A stretch of 64,000 bases of DNA, taken from positions 43,310,224-43,374,223 of the forward strand of contig NC_068981.1 in assembly GCF_001194135.2 (NCBI RefSeq), in the 5' to 3' direction. The translations under genes were made by a program, and so were the position numbers. This DNA comes from Octopus bimaculoides (Eukaryota). Shown piece by piece: positions 34,600-48,250 of this stretch (position 1 is its first letter; every line of letters starts with the position of its first letter). Under the pieces are notes generated by a model, which was not told the DNA's origin, did no database searches, and was given only the letters and a program-made list of their open reading frames with translations.

Positions 34600-36325
34600 C
34601 ATGTAACTCTTTTCCTTGGTGCACACAGTCTTGCATGAGTTTTTGTAATTTAGGATGTAGATTTATCAAAACCTTGAACCAAAATCTCTGAACTAGGTTC
34701 AGGCCAGCTGCTTTCCCTTTTCTCATCTTCCTGACTCCAGATAGAATATCTTCCAATCTGATGATAATGTCCTCCTGCATCTCCATGCATGTCTTTGGAT
34801 TCTTCCACTTCATGGGGTCAGGCTGTCCTGTTGTGTTTGACATTCTATGACATTCTATGACCAGATCTTGCTCTAAAATAAAGTTGCTCCTTTGGGATCA
34901 GATAATTCTGCTTTTCCCTTATCCACTTCATCCAGAGTCTCACAGAATAGCTTCTGATTTGCTATAAGCAGTTGATTTTGTCTAAACTGTTGACATATTC
35001 CTTGTATCTTTTGATCTTAACTCTACTCACTTTGATTTTTTGTTTCAACATATCCAATATAAATAAAGCGTCCCTATCCATCAGGTGGTATTTCTTATCC
35101 ATGTAATTCTGTTCTCTTTTATTGGGCCTCATATTTCCTTTCCTTACTTCTTCAATCTTACTTAAATCCTTCTGCTATCTAATGATGCTTTCTTTTATTC
35201 ACCTTTTGTAGAATGGATCTTTTCTTTCTTTAACATTCCCATCTTCTCTATGATGATATAAGCAGTGGTATACATCAAAGAATTTAATTCAATGATATCC
35301 TTAATTGGAATTCTCATGACAACTTCATTGACTTTCCTGAATTCCGATCTTAGCTTTGCTCTGTCACATAACTTCAATGATGGTAAACTTTTCCATTCTT
35401 CAAGAAACGTTACTTCTAGAGTTCTGTCATGGAGTATAGCTAGTTCTGGGTTAATTTCTTCTGGTAACTCTCTAGATGCAAGTACACTAATGTCTTCTAT
35501 ATATTGTAGATTTCCTCCCACAATGTCACAGCTTTGTAGATTCTCCTGTTCTATGGGTATTTCTTCTGGACCAGTAGTCCTCTGAAATACCTTTCTCACT
35601 TCCATTATAATCTTCTCTTGTCCCACCTGCTCTAAACACATCTTGGTCTTAATTTATCGAATCTGATCAGTCAATCTTTGTTCATTCATATCCTTTAGTT
35701 TTTCATAAGGATGATATTTTTTCCATAGCCCCATTTGACTGCTCATTTCTAATATAACACCCAAACAACACTTTATTGTTCTCTTTTGTCTGTTCTAATT
35801 GTAACTTGATTATGACCAAGCCTGCACTGCTGTTCCACAGGACATCTGACAGCATGACATTTTTGCTGAAAACTCCAGCCTCATTGACACTGCTAGGATT
35901 ACTTCTCATTATTAACATTTATCTCATAATTGAGGTATGTGTTTTAAGGTTACCACCAACCAGTAATTATATCACATTACTATCACTAAATAGGGTGTCA
36001 GCTAAGATTTCCAAGAGGCCTGTCTGCCCTCATTGAAGCTGGTTATCCTGCACTGATTGCCACCTCCAGTATTTATCCTTGCAGTACTTAAAGACTCATA
36101 TAGTTGGATGGCCTTTAACATTAGTGAGTCCATCTGGCCTTTAACATATTTTGTTTTGTTCCCTGTAGGGTATCCAACAAAATCCATCCTCCTTACCAGG
36201 CAAGTACTTGGTAGGTTTGCCAATTTAGTCACCGATGGCCTGACCATGAATCAGGTTGTTCTGGATTACATGTTACCAATAACACTAAAAGTGAACTGGC
36301 ACATTACTACTGTTATTATTACAAC
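34600..36325 (-). mobile_element. R4/Dong-clade non-LTR element, 5' portion (N-terminal region to RT start)
   Basis: KENNKVLFGCY..YEQRLTDQIR, LPSLK..KVNEVVMRIPIKDIIELNSLMY, GQPDP, VRKMRKGKAAGLNLVQRFWFK; many stops and frameshifts. Confidence 0.75.
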
Positions 36326-36334
36326 TACCAATTA

Positions 36335-36552
36335 AGGCGGTGAGCTGGCCATATTGTTAGCACGCAGGACAAAATGCTTAGAAGTATTTTGCCCATCACT
36401 ACATTCTAAGATCAAATTCTGCCAAGGTCGAATTTGCATTTCATCCTTTCAGGGTCGATAAAATAAGTACCAGTTGAACACTGGGGTCGATGTAATTGAC
36501 TCATCCCCTCCACCAAAATTGCTGCCCTTGTGGCAAAATTTGAAACCATTAT
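36335..36552 (+). mobile_element. Family C SINE
   Basis: AAGGCGGTGAGCTGG head and conserved core. Confidence 0.9.
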
Positions 36553-37059
36553 TACAATTACCAATGCCATCACTACCACTGACACTATTACTACGATAAA
36601 AACCAATAGTATTCTTATTATTATCACGACTGCTATCTCTATTGTTATCATTGTTATTAAGATCATCCACACTGACATTATCATTAACAAAATTAAACAG
36701 GGGGTGATGGGATGAAATTGGGTTTTCAAGATATCTGGTAACAAAATTCCTGATACAAAATTTCCAGAATTTCCAGTACAAATGTCTTCAGTATAAGAGG
36801 TGGGGGAAATATTGGGTGGGTAAACTGCCAGCAAGCAAGCAATTTCTGACATTGAAGAGAGAGAAAACAATCAAAAATTGAAATGATGAGAGGAAAAAAA
36901 ATATATCTAAAACTAACAGACAACTAACTTACTAACATTGACATGGAAGAGGAAACAACTGTTTTCGCTTGCATCTAATGAACTGTATATTGACACAATA
37001 GTCCATGTTTAGATGATAGTTCATAATACACAACTGATCTGAGCATGATCATTGCATCC

Positions 37060-37502
37060 AAGCATGATCGTTGCTACATCCTAGTGTGATCGTTGCCAGA
37101 GCAGCTCACTGGCTTCTGTGCCAGTGACACATAAAAAGCACCATTTGAGCGTGATCATTACTAGTGTTGCCCTACTGGCACTTGTGCTGGTGGCACGTGA
37201 AAAGATATTCGAGTGAGGTCGTTGCCAGTGCCGCTGGACTGGCTCCTGTGCAGGTGGCATGTAAAAAACACCATTTGAGCGTGGCCATTGCCAGTACCGC
37301 CTGACTAGCCCTTGTGCTGGTAGCATGTAAAAGCACCCATTACATTCTCAGAGTGGTTGGCATTAGGAAAAGCATCCAGCTGTAGAAACTCTGCCAGATC
37401 AGATTGGAGCCTGGTGCAGCCATCTGGTTTGCCAGTCCTCAGTCAAATCGTCCAACCCATGCTAGCATCGAAAGCGGACGTTAAACACTGATGATGATGA
37501 TA
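37060..37502 (+). mobile_element. RTE 3' UTR copy with ~4 tandem units and full tail
   Basis: Repeated GCCAGT..ACTGGC..GGTGGCAC units, then tail and (GAT)n. Confidence 0.9.
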
Positions 37503-37546
37503 ATGAAATGCAGCTTCAAAATAACAGCATTAACATAAGAAACAGC

Positions 37547-37594
<48 letters not shown>

Positions 37595-37613
37595 CATTAT
37601 TATTATCATCATT

Positions 37614-37986
37614 ATTACCTCCACCTTAGCAAAGGCAGAGGTATTGTTTTCAGTCGTGTTTTGTCTGTTTGTTTGTTTGTCCATGGTCAAGATTTCTCAA
37701 GAACCACTTGATGGATTCGGATGGAACTTTCAAGGATGTTTGGCCTCAAAACTGGCACAAACTGATTAGATTTGGGGATTGATCCGATACCGGGTAAGGA
37801 TTCTGGATTATTTTACTTGTTTTTTACTTAAATTTTGAGAGCAGTCGGGTTCATTTTTAATATTCTCTTTTGTGAGAGCAATTGAGTTTATTTCAAATAT
37901 TCTCCTTTTAAAAAATCATCTCTGGCTACTCATTGAGACGATGTTGGTGTTTTCTTGGCAGAGGTTTGCCCTCTCGGAATGCTCTT
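37614..37986 (+). mobile_element. Non-autonomous Helentron-associated element (HINE/DINE-1-like)
   Basis: 5' TTACCTCCACC with nearby inverted GGCAGAGGT, internal (GTTT)n, 3' GGCAGAGGTTTGCCCTCTC, inserted in (TTA)n. Confidence 0.7.
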
Positions 37987-38017
37987 ATTATTATTATTAA
38001 TATTATTATTATTATTT

Positions 38018-38232
38018 AAGGTGGTGATCTGGCAGAATCCTCTGCATGCCAGGCAAAATGTTTAGTAGAATTTCTTTCGTCTTTATATTCCGAGTTCAAA
38101 TTCTGCCAAGGTTGACTTTGCCTTTCATCCTTTCAGGGTCGATAAATTAAGAACCAGTGAAGCACTGGGGTCGATGTAATCGACTACCTCCTCTCCTAAA
38201 ATTTCAGGCCTTTTGCCTTTAGTAGAAAGGAT
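38018..38232 (+). mobile_element. Family C SINE
   Basis: Head and core match. Confidence 0.9.
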
Positions 38233-38244
38233 TATTATAATTAT

Positions 38245-38440
38245 TATTTCTAGAGTAGGTGCAAGGCCTGAAATTTTGAGGGGAAGAGGAAGTCAATTAC
38301 ATTTATCTGAGTGCTCAAATCATATTTATTTTATTGATCCTGAAAAGATGAAAAGCATCATAGTGGACCTCAGCATCATTTGAGCAAGGAATACAAAGTG
38401 TTGGAAGAAACGTCACTAAGTATCTTATCTAATGTGCTTA
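38245..38440 (-). mobile_element. Older family C SINE, tail-to-tail with the previous copy
   Basis: CAAGGCCTGAAATTTTGAGG..GTCAATTACAT..TTTATTGATCCTGAAAAGATGAAAAGCA. Confidence 0.75.
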
Positions 38441-38448
38441 CAATACTA

Positions 38449-38480
<32 letters not shown>

Positions 38481-39087
38481 ATGATGATAATAAAATTACT
38501 ATTATTAAAATTCTGCCACTATGATAATTCTGATGAATAATGAGATTTTCTTATTTTATTACAATGTTAAAACAACAAAAACAAAAAGAACAGACTGAAA
38601 TAAAATGAGTTACTTTTGGATGTGCTTATGTATGCTTATTTTCACAATAAAAATTCTTACGTATGTAGCATATTGTTTATTTAATAACTGTAAGTTAAAC
38701 TACAGATAAGTGTAAGTTTTTGATATTCTTAAATCAGACAACAATACAACCAAATACAATAGAGAGTTACATATGTAAGATAGTGAGATGAAGAAAAGAA
38801 CTTTTGATTAACTGAGATTTGTATTTAGTATGGAGACTGATCTCCAAGAATGTTGGACAAAAAAAAAATTGCTTTGCAATATTTGTTTTGGATCTTTATG
38901 ATTTCAGTTTAAATCCTATTGAGGTTAAATTTGCTTTCCATCCTTTCAAGGTCAATACTGGGGTTGATTTAATTGCCTGTCTCCTTCCCCATATTTTTGT
39001 CCATGTACCTGTTTCAGAAATTATTATCAACAATATAATCTAATAAGCTGTTTCTTATGTTAATAGCTGCTATTTTGAAGTTGCATG

Positions 39088-39220
39088 TCATTATCATCAT
39101 CATCATAATCATCATTTAACGTCCGCTTTCCATGCTGGCATGGGTTGGAAGATTTGACTGAGGACTGGCAAACCAGAAGGTTCCACCAGGCTCCAATCTG
39201 ATCTGGCAGAGTTTCTACAG
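39088..39220 (-). mobile_element. RTE tail copy
   Basis: Family match. Confidence 0.85.
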
Positions 39221-39871
39221 TATCTAATACTGTATCTCGAAACATATTATGCAGTATGTACCTTGCATTTTGAAAAATGGTAGAGTGTGCTATAAGGAAG
39301 ATTTTGCTGCTATTACCAACATGTCAACCAAATGCATATCTGATCTCTTGCTAGGAAAATGTTACATATGAAAGTTTAGCATTCCTGTCCAGGAGCAGAA
39401 TTATATGATGGTAGTGAAGCTGGACTATATGACTTGTGGATACTGCTTATGATAGATTTGGCTGTTGTTATTACCATTCTTGTTGCTGCTGATATTGTTG
39501 TCGACGCCTTTTGTTTGACTCTAGATCAGTCATGATTCAAAACTCCCATCATAAGAACCCAGTTTGAATATGCAGGCATGTGTTATATGTTTGTGTCTCT
39601 CTGCTTTGACATTGAATAATGGTTGTAAATGAGTATCACGATTAAACAAGTGGTGTCTATTTTTTCCAGTCTTCTGTGGAAAGATGTCTAGACATGGGGA
39701 AATGTTGCCTTACTTAGAAACAAGTGAGGGTTAACAACAAGAAGGGCATCTAGCAATAGAAAATCTTCCCCAACGAATTCCATTTGACTCATTCAAGCAT
39801 AGAAAAGTAGGTATTAAATCATTGATCATATATACGTACATACATACATACATACATACAGGCATACATAA

Positions 39872-40127
39872 TATCATCATCATCATCGTTTAACGTCCGC
39901 TTTCCATGCTAGCATGGGTTGGACGATTTGACTGAGGACTGGTGAAACCGGATGGCAACACCAGGCTCCAATCTAATTTGGCAGAGTTTCTACAGCTGGA
40001 TGCCCTTCCTAACATCAACCACTCAGAGAGTGTAGTGGGTGCTTTTACGTGTCACCCGCACAAAAACGGCCACGCTCGAAATGGTGTCTTTTATGTGCCA
40101 CCCACACAAGCCAGTCCAGGGGCACTG
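39872..40127 (-). mobile_element. RTE 3' UTR/tail copy (young)
   Basis: Nearly identical to 63764-64000. Confidence 0.9.
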
Positions 40128-40170
<43 letters not shown>

Positions 40171-40194
40171 TATGTATACATATGAGATTGTAAG

Positions 40195-40562
40195 TGCAGG
40201 CGCGGCTGTGTGATAAGAAGCCATAGACACAGGTATGGCTGTATGATAAGCTTGCTTCCCAACCACATGGTTTTGGGTTCAGTCCCATCATGTGGCTCTT
40301 TGGGCAAGTGCTTTCTGCTTTAGCCTCAGGCTAACCAAAGCCTTGTGAGTAGATTTAGTAGACGGAAACTGAAAGAAGCCTGTTGTATATATATATATAT
40401 ATGTATATATATATTAGTGGTTTGGCAAAAGATACCAATAGAACAAGTACTAAGCTTGCAAAGAATAAGTTCTGAGGTCAATTAATTTGACTAAAGGTCG
40501 TACTCCTGCATGACTGTAGTCAAATGACTGAAACAAGTAAAAGAATAAAAGTATAAAAGAAT
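40195..40562 (+). mobile_element. tRNA-derived SINE family D with internal (TA)n
   Basis: GGCTGTRTGATAAG..GGGTTCAGTCCC..TTGGGCAAGTG..GTAGACGGAAACTGAAAGAAGCC-(TA)n-..AAATGACTGAAACAAGTAAAAGA; partial duplicate head at 40195-40222. Confidence 0.85.
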
Positions 40563-40567
40563 ATATA

Positions 40568-40790
40568 CAAGGTGCAATGGATAAATTGTTGCATTTTATA
40601 TTTTTAATTTTGTGCATGTGCATTGCTTGTTTTGTTCTTGTCAGCTACATAGCAGAGTAGGGTTGGTTGGGCACTATCTGTGAGAAAAACAGAACCATGA
40701 CACAATTCACTCTGACAGAAATTTGGAAATGACATGCTGCGTGCTGTACTGTTTAAATGATCAAATGTTCAAATCTTCACATAAATTTTA
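40568..40790 (+). mobile_element. Tc1/mariner 5' terminal fragment
   Basis: TA|CAAGGTGCAATGGATAAATTG resembles the TIR at 45855-45878. Confidence 0.5.
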
Positions 40791-41357
40791 ATAGGTTTCA
40801 TAGGGATAGATAATATCAGAGTAAATCTTCAATGAATATTATAACAAAAGTACATTATTGAAAGTTTGGTCATGTTGAGGTTTTATAGAATATGTGGAAA
40901 AGACAGAGAGAAAAAAAGGGAAGAGAGTAAGAAAATGGGTTTTTTCCACAATTTCTTTCTTGGTGCATGTAGTTCTTTTTTCTTTGCACAACGGTCTCTT
41001 TGCTTTACAGGGTTTTTTTTTGGGGGGGGGGGGAATTGGAAGATATTTTGTGTATATATATGTTTTCATGGGAAAGGATCTAATTTTTGATTGGTTATAA
41101 TTGTGAGGACGTCTTATTCTTTCTGGTGGATGTTTTTGGTAAAAAAATACATTTTGTTTTAGCATTAGTGTTTTGGCTGGTTGGTTGGTTCCCTGTACAT
41201 GGGAACAAGTTTTGATTACCTGTAGGTTTCGTGACATCACTTTATTTTGATAAAGAACCTGATTCTGTTTTGGTCAAGTTTAGTGTTCTGCTTGGTTGAC
41301 TTCCCTGTTGAGAATACAGACACACACAAACAGACACACACACATAAATATATATAA

Positions 41358-41560
41358 TCATCATCGTTTAACGTCCACTTTCTATGCTGGCATGGGTTGG
41401 ACAGTTTGACATGGAGCTGGCTAGCAGTGAACTGTCCAGACTCCATTTGTCTGCTGTAGTATGGTTTCTATGATGAATGCCCTTCCAAACACCAACCCCA
41501 TAACAATGTGCTCTGGGTGACTTTTACATGCCACTGGCATGGGTGCGTTTATGTGGCACC
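41358..41560 (-). mobile_element. RTE tail copy (older)
   Basis: Family match. Confidence 0.8.
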
Positions 41561-42091
41561 CATCCCTTTCTGATATCTCTACCATCGTAAGTAGAAGAAA
41601 AAGCTAAAGAGAAAGACATAGTATGTAATGCAATTTCACATAATTTTAAATGATTGGATGGTCATGGCAGGAATGATTTTTCTCATAGTCATGCTTAATT
41701 AAAGTGGATCTCAGACTAAACTACAACAACAGTATACCGTTCACTTTCAATATACATCCTGCATCTATTGTCCATAGACATTATATTTCTAAAGCAGTGC
41801 AAGCTGCTTCGACTGTTCATTTCAACAGCTGATTTTAATGACTAACCATTCTATCAACTAACTTGTACAGCACCTGTCATGCAGGTTAACATGAATAGAT
41901 CATGCCTTCTTCATTCTTCTGCCATTTATGTAGATTTTCCGAAGAGAGAAATATGTCAGTTTCTACTTGACAATTTACAATACAAACTAATGAGGCTTGG
42001 ACAGAAATGATAGAATATACTTACTATAATGATAGCTATGTCATCGTCGTCGTCGTCGTCGTCGTCGTCGTCATCGTCGTCGTCCTCCTCC

Positions 42092-42433
42092 NNNNNNNNN
42101 NNNNNNNNNNNNNNNNNNNNNNNNNNNNNNNNNNNNNNNNNNNNNNNNNNNNNNNNNNNNNNNNNNNNNNNNNNNNNNNNNNNNNNNNNNNNNNNNNNNN
42201 NNNNNNNNNNNNNNNNNNNNNNNNNNNNNNNNNNNNNNNNNNNNNNNNNNNNNNNNNNNNNNNNNNNNNNNNNNNNNNNNNNNNNNNNNNNNNNNNNNNN
42301 NNNNNNNNNNNNNNNNNNNNNNNNNNNNNNNNNNNNNNNNNNNNNNNNNNNNNNNNNNNNNNNNNNNNNNNNNNNNNNNNNNNNNNNNNNNNNNNNNNNN
42401 NNNNNNNNNNNNNNNNNNNNNNNNNNNNNNNNN
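42092..42433. other. Assembly gap
   Basis: N run between (GTC)n and (TA)n. Confidence 1.
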
Positions 42434-42473
<40 letters not shown>

Positions 42474-42474
<1 letters not shown>

Positions 42475-42690
42475 CACAAGGGGTGTTCATTAAAGATTTC
42501 CCCTGACTCACTTCTGGTTATTGCAGGAAACGGAACTTCAACAGGTATAATCCTCCATATCCCTACATGTCACATTGTAAATTTCAGGGAGAAGTGTGTC
42601 ACCATTGGTGATAACTATGTAGAGAATTATGCCAAGTTTCATTTATCCCAGTCCTTGGGAAGTGGGTCAGGGTGCCCCATCATTTTCTTT
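42474..42690 (+). mobile_element. Probable mariner remnant
   Basis: CAAGGGGTGTTCATTAAAGATT TIR-like start; REKCVTIGDNYVEN resembles mariner C-terminal RWEKC..GDYVEK. Confidence 0.45.
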
Positions 42691-44711
42691 CTATCAAATC
42701 CACTAACACGTCTTTGATTAGCCCTGTCCTACAAAAGACACTTGCCCAAAATGCAATATTGTGCGATTGAATGTCAAATCATGTGATTGGGAAGCAAACT
42801 TCTTAACCGTGCACCCATGTCCCTTATTCTTCTATCATAATTCCACTCTCATATAAACTGCATTGAAGAAATACCTAGCCAACCCATTTACTTCACTTGC
42901 ACTTTATTTTATTGAACCCACAAGACCAAAAAGCAACCCCCCCCCCAAAAAAAAAACATGTTGACCTTAGAAGGATTTAAAACACAAACTTGAAGGCTAG
43001 TAACTAAATACTAAAAGCATTTTAGTTCCCAATACACTACAAACTCTGTCAGTCTACTGCCTGAGATTATAAAATATGATTTGACAAAAAATTAATTACT
43101 ACTTCTAGCAGGTAAGCAGCCATGTAGAGCGTCTTTCATTAACACATATAGTTCATAGTTTTATGTAGATTCTGCACTTCAAAGCTGACACTTGGTTCAT
43201 TTGACAGCCAAGTCACCTCTCACTCATTCCCTGGCCTTTGGGCAATTAATCCAACCCCATAAAAATGCACAATCCTGTGCAAATCATTGTGTTGAGACCA
43301 TGTGTGTACTGTAAAGTATTTATAGAATGGAAATGGAATGGAAAAACTATGCATCAGCTGTTTGAAATATTTACAAAAGTTTAAGGAAATCTATTAAAAA
43401 TATAGATAGGCAGAGCTTTTACGCACACAACATATACACATCTACATACATATTAGCTCACAAATATATGTGTGTGTGTATTTGTGTGTGCATATGTATG
43501 TATGTATGTGTATGTGTCTGCGTGTGTGTGTGAATATGAATACAAGCATGGAAAAGTGAATATTAAATGTTTATGATGATGATGACAGACACACACATAT
43601 GTATGTATTATATATACATAAACATTTTTATAAACATATGCAAACATACAGACCTTTGTATGCGTATATATATATATGTGCGTAAATGTAAGCGTATGTA
43701 TACGATAATTATGTGTGTATATGTATATGTGCCGGTAGACCTTCAAGCAATTTAAATATTGCTTTAGGCATTATTTTCCTATTGTCAGTTTAATTACTTC
43801 TCTTCGGCAGTATTTAATTAATAAACACTATTCTTTAATTATTAATAATAACTTTAACAAACATTTATTGTCAGTCAAAATTATTTCTTAACATTTTATT
43901 TAGTTTTATGTTAAGATATTTTAGGCATCAATAAATAAGCAATATGATAAAGATAACAAAATCTAAAATATTATGTATTAATTTCTCAACTATTTAATAT
44001 TTTAGAACACAGAAATGCTACAAGCAATAGTTTCTATCTCAATCACCTTGAAACTGCTGAATTAAAATGTTATAGAAATATTTCTTTTGCTTCCAGACAA
44101 TAAATTTATGAGCTCTAAATTACTACAACACTGAGAAACCAATTACAATGCTACCCCATAATCAATCTGCTAGAAATAACAACGAAATCTCCTTGAATCA
44201 CATGCTATTATGAAAAATATGAAATGAAGAATGCATTTACTAAAGTACTCTTCATGAAATAGTTACGGCTGAAATAGTACTCTTGAAATGATACTCTTAA
44301 TGGTAATGGTTATGGCTGGAAAGCCTTCAATCATTAATAAACTTGAGTAGTGATGAGCTAGGAAAAAATCAACAATTACGGAAAGTTCAACTGATCTGTG
44401 TCAGGGATAAAGCAACAAAAAATTATAAGGAACTGAATTAGCTAGAAGTAATCGACATAATTCACACCATATTATTTTTGTAGGTTGAACTGCTGTCATT
44501 CCAATCATCAGAGCTGGTACCAGGGTGTTCAGTATCTTTGGTCAACCTTACACTGTGTGTCCCCTGACTATGAGAAACCCCATTTCTCCACAATTTTTCT
44601 ATAACAGACTCCATCCATCACTTTCATTACACTGACCTGAAAATGCAATCATACAATTGTAATTAACATGTGAGCAATAAATCAATAGTTTTATGGTCAT
44701 GCATATCACTA

Positions 44712-44905
44712 AGTTGTGAAGTGTAGTGGTTAGGGTATTGCACCGATGATTGTAAGATCATAGTTTCATTTTCCAGACAGGGTGGTATGTTGTATTTTTG
44801 AGCAAAACATTTTTTTTACATTACTTCAGTCCACTCAGCTGTAAATGAGTTCCAGCAATAACTGGGAAGTTTACCCTGTGACAGACTGGTATCATGTTAA
44901 AGGAA
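44712..44905 (+). mobile_element. SINE family F
   Basis: GTAGTGGTTAGGG head; TTGAGCAAAACA..CAGTCCACTCAGCTGTAAATGAG..CCCTGTGACAGACTGG. Confidence 0.7.
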
Positions 44906-45016
44906 GAATAGGCTAGGCTGATTGGTTTATTAAGTCACTTTTATACCATGTAAACTGGATTAAGTTCCTGCTTTATTGGTGAAGAGCTTACAAAAAAACA
45001 GAGAAGAAAATATCAT

Positions 45017-45215
45017 CTTCATCATCGTCATCATCATCATTTAACATTCATCTTCCATGCTAGCATGGTTGGGACGGTACCACAAGAGTTGGCCAGGCTG
45101 AAGCCTGCACCAAACTTCTGTGACTGTTTTGGTAGGATTTTTACAGATGGATGCCCCTCTTAATACCAACCACTCAACAGAGTGGACTTAGTGTTTTTTA
45201 GGTGGCACAAGCACA
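45017..45215 (-). mobile_element. RTE tail copy (older)
   Basis: Family match. Confidence 0.8.
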
Positions 45216-45883
45216 GGGGAGGTGAGTTCACAGCAGATTTATTACTGGGCAAAATTTGAATATTTCAAGTCAAATCCTATGACAGATCATAACATATTCA
45301 TAGAGCCTCTCACTTATCGTATCCACTTTACTTTGCTCCAGTAGTAAAGAGTAGCATCTGCATTCTTTATTACTAACTTCTTGTGCTTTTAGTTGGTTGA
45401 AGAAATTTGATGTTTTTTTTTTTTTGTGGCATTCCTGATTTTAATGCCACAACCAATTGTCTAGTTCTCCTCATGCATAGTGCTGGCTCTGCTAATCATT
45501 CTTTTAATGTTTTTTACATGTTTAAGTCATTGGAATGCAGCCATGTTGGAGCATTACCTTGAAGGATCTTGTGAATTAAATTGAGTCCAAATTTTTTTAA
45601 AGTCTCATACATATTCTATTGGTTTCATTTTGCTGAACCACTAGATTATGAGGATAAAAAGAAGCCCAACACTGATTTTCAAGTGGTGATGAACAAATAA
45701 AATGGTGCACTCTCATATATCTGTACACACACATATTCATAATTAGCTTAATGTAGTTTGAAGCATTGTATTTCCAGATATTTTTATGTAATTTTGGTAA
45801 ATAAACCTGTTAAAATGAATTGTCAGTGTTATTTTCACTTTTGCATAATTTAGATGACAGTTTATTCACCGCACCCTGTATAT

Positions 45884-45971
<88 letters not shown>

Positions 45972-48199
45972 TTTTTCAGTCCATGCCAGCATTGAAAATG
46001 GACATTAAATGAGGATGATGATGATGATGATAATGATGATGATGATGATAATGATGATGATAGATATATGCAAAGGACAGTTTGAAAGGATTCACGGGCT
46101 GGAGGATCACGTTTAGCCCCACTGGTTCATTTTTGTCATGGTTGCATCAGCCGGATGCTTTACAAATTTTGGCTGATGCATTTTTCATAGCCCCAGCATT
46201 ATAGAGGTTGCCTTGACATCACCAAGACTAGAGATCCATCTCTAGTTTTAAGCTGTAATTGTTGAAATCGATAACCAATCATTTATGGAGTTCTTCCTTG
46301 TGACATTAGTATTACTGGGGTTACCTTGCAGCTTGCTTAAGGAAAGAGAACCTTCATGATGGATGGAACAGATTTATTATGAGCTTATGGTAATAGAGAG
46401 AATAACAAGATGAACATTGTTGAGGTGAGAATATTATAATGAGAGGAGAGGGGAAGAGTTATATGAGAGGGGTACATAAGTGGTAATGATGATGGCAAGT
46501 GTTGAGTAAATAGAACAAGTGAAGAGATTGGTCAGTCTATCTGTTGGCCAGAATGAGATGGACGATTTATCAGGGTACATGATAGTTTATGGTGGAGCTG
46601 AAGACGCTAAGAAAGACAATATTAGGGAAAGAGTAATAAGAGAGAAACTGGAAAGACATTATGAGAGTTTGAGATTGACACAATAATGGAGGAAGGTTGA
46701 GTAAAGGAGATGCAATGCTATTGTAGATATATCAATAACCACTGCACCCATCCGCAAATGCAGCTTTTTTTCTTTACCTCTTCTATCTCAGTTTAATTTG
46801 TCTCTTTCCCCCTAAACATTGTACTTGATTGCTTACCATCAACAGTCATTTCTCTTCTTCCTACCTATGCTAAGGTAACTTTTCTTTTTCCTATGTATTT
46901 AATAGTCTCTATATTTCTTCTCTTTCTCTCTCTCTCTCTGACTCATTGGGACACACACGCTCTCTATTTTTCTCCATGTTTTACAACAAAGCATGAAGCA
47001 ATGACATTGATCATTAATTATATAATCCTATCCCTCATCAAGAATGGGTTGAAATGGTTGTTCTTAATCAAACTAACAAATAAAGACTAATACATATTGT
47101 TAAAAAAAAAAAAGAATTCTTGAATTGGGAAGTATATTTCCATTGAAATACTTGTCTATCTTCACAACGTAAATTATATTTGGGATGGGCCAGTCTTTCA
47201 TTTATGTGTTTTTGTAAAAAAATTTTACTTTGTTGAGATTTACATGTTTTATTTAAATTCTTTGTTTTTTTTACAAAGTCGTGTATATTTTAATTGTGTT
47301 TTATCTGTCTGTACAAGCAATAATGAATTGTGTGAATACACATCAAAACTGCAAACTAGTTTTGATTCCTGGTTTTGCCAACCCAATCCTATCAATTTTC
47401 AAACCAATGATTTCTATAAATTGTCAATAAACCACAAGTTGACTTGTCCCTTGTACTCTCAAATAGAAAGAAAATGTTTTGGTAGTGGTCCAACAATTAA
47501 TTGAATATTTACAAACCTCTTTATTTATATGTATGAAGTGACCATGAAGTAAGAAAAGCTTCCATTAATTTATTTAGCCAAGTTAATAAAAGTTATGTAT
47601 AGCTATTTGCATGAAATAAAATCACTAGTTGTGGGTTTTGAACAAGGAATCTTTTGGTTAATATTTCAATATTCTTAAGTGGATAGCAAACAGACTTCTG
47701 AGGTATTGTATTGGAAATAATAATGTGTTGAATAGAAATTTTGTATAAGCTGTATTGAAGTATTCATTGATCCATCAAACATTTACCAATTGGTTTATCA
47801 AAGCTGAAATTAATCCGTTTATAAACACCTTTGAATAAATGTTTATATTAAAAGAACAAAGGATTTTTTGTCTCTTTATTGATTAATATGATATATCAAC
47901 AATATTTCTATGTATCATTTATAATATGAAAATAATTCTCACTGAAGAATTATTCACCTAAAACCATTTAACAAGACCAAATCCTATTCTTTACTTCTAT
48001 ATGAATGTCCTCTAAAGTCATGAGATAACTATTTTTTAGACTCCTACCTTGCCTACACACCCATTCTTTTAAAAATATTGGAAGAAAATTAAGACAAATA
48101 AGATTTCAAATCTTTATTAGATTTTCTAAAACTATTTAATACTTTTGAAACTTAGAAGGTTACCTTCTCAGAAAAATAAAAATAAATAATAATAAAGAA

Positions 48200-48250
<51 letters not shown>

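Noticed and set aside
35195-35641. 148-aa ORF as a host gene
   Set aside because: Colinear with flanking broken frames carrying R4/Dong-type motifs.
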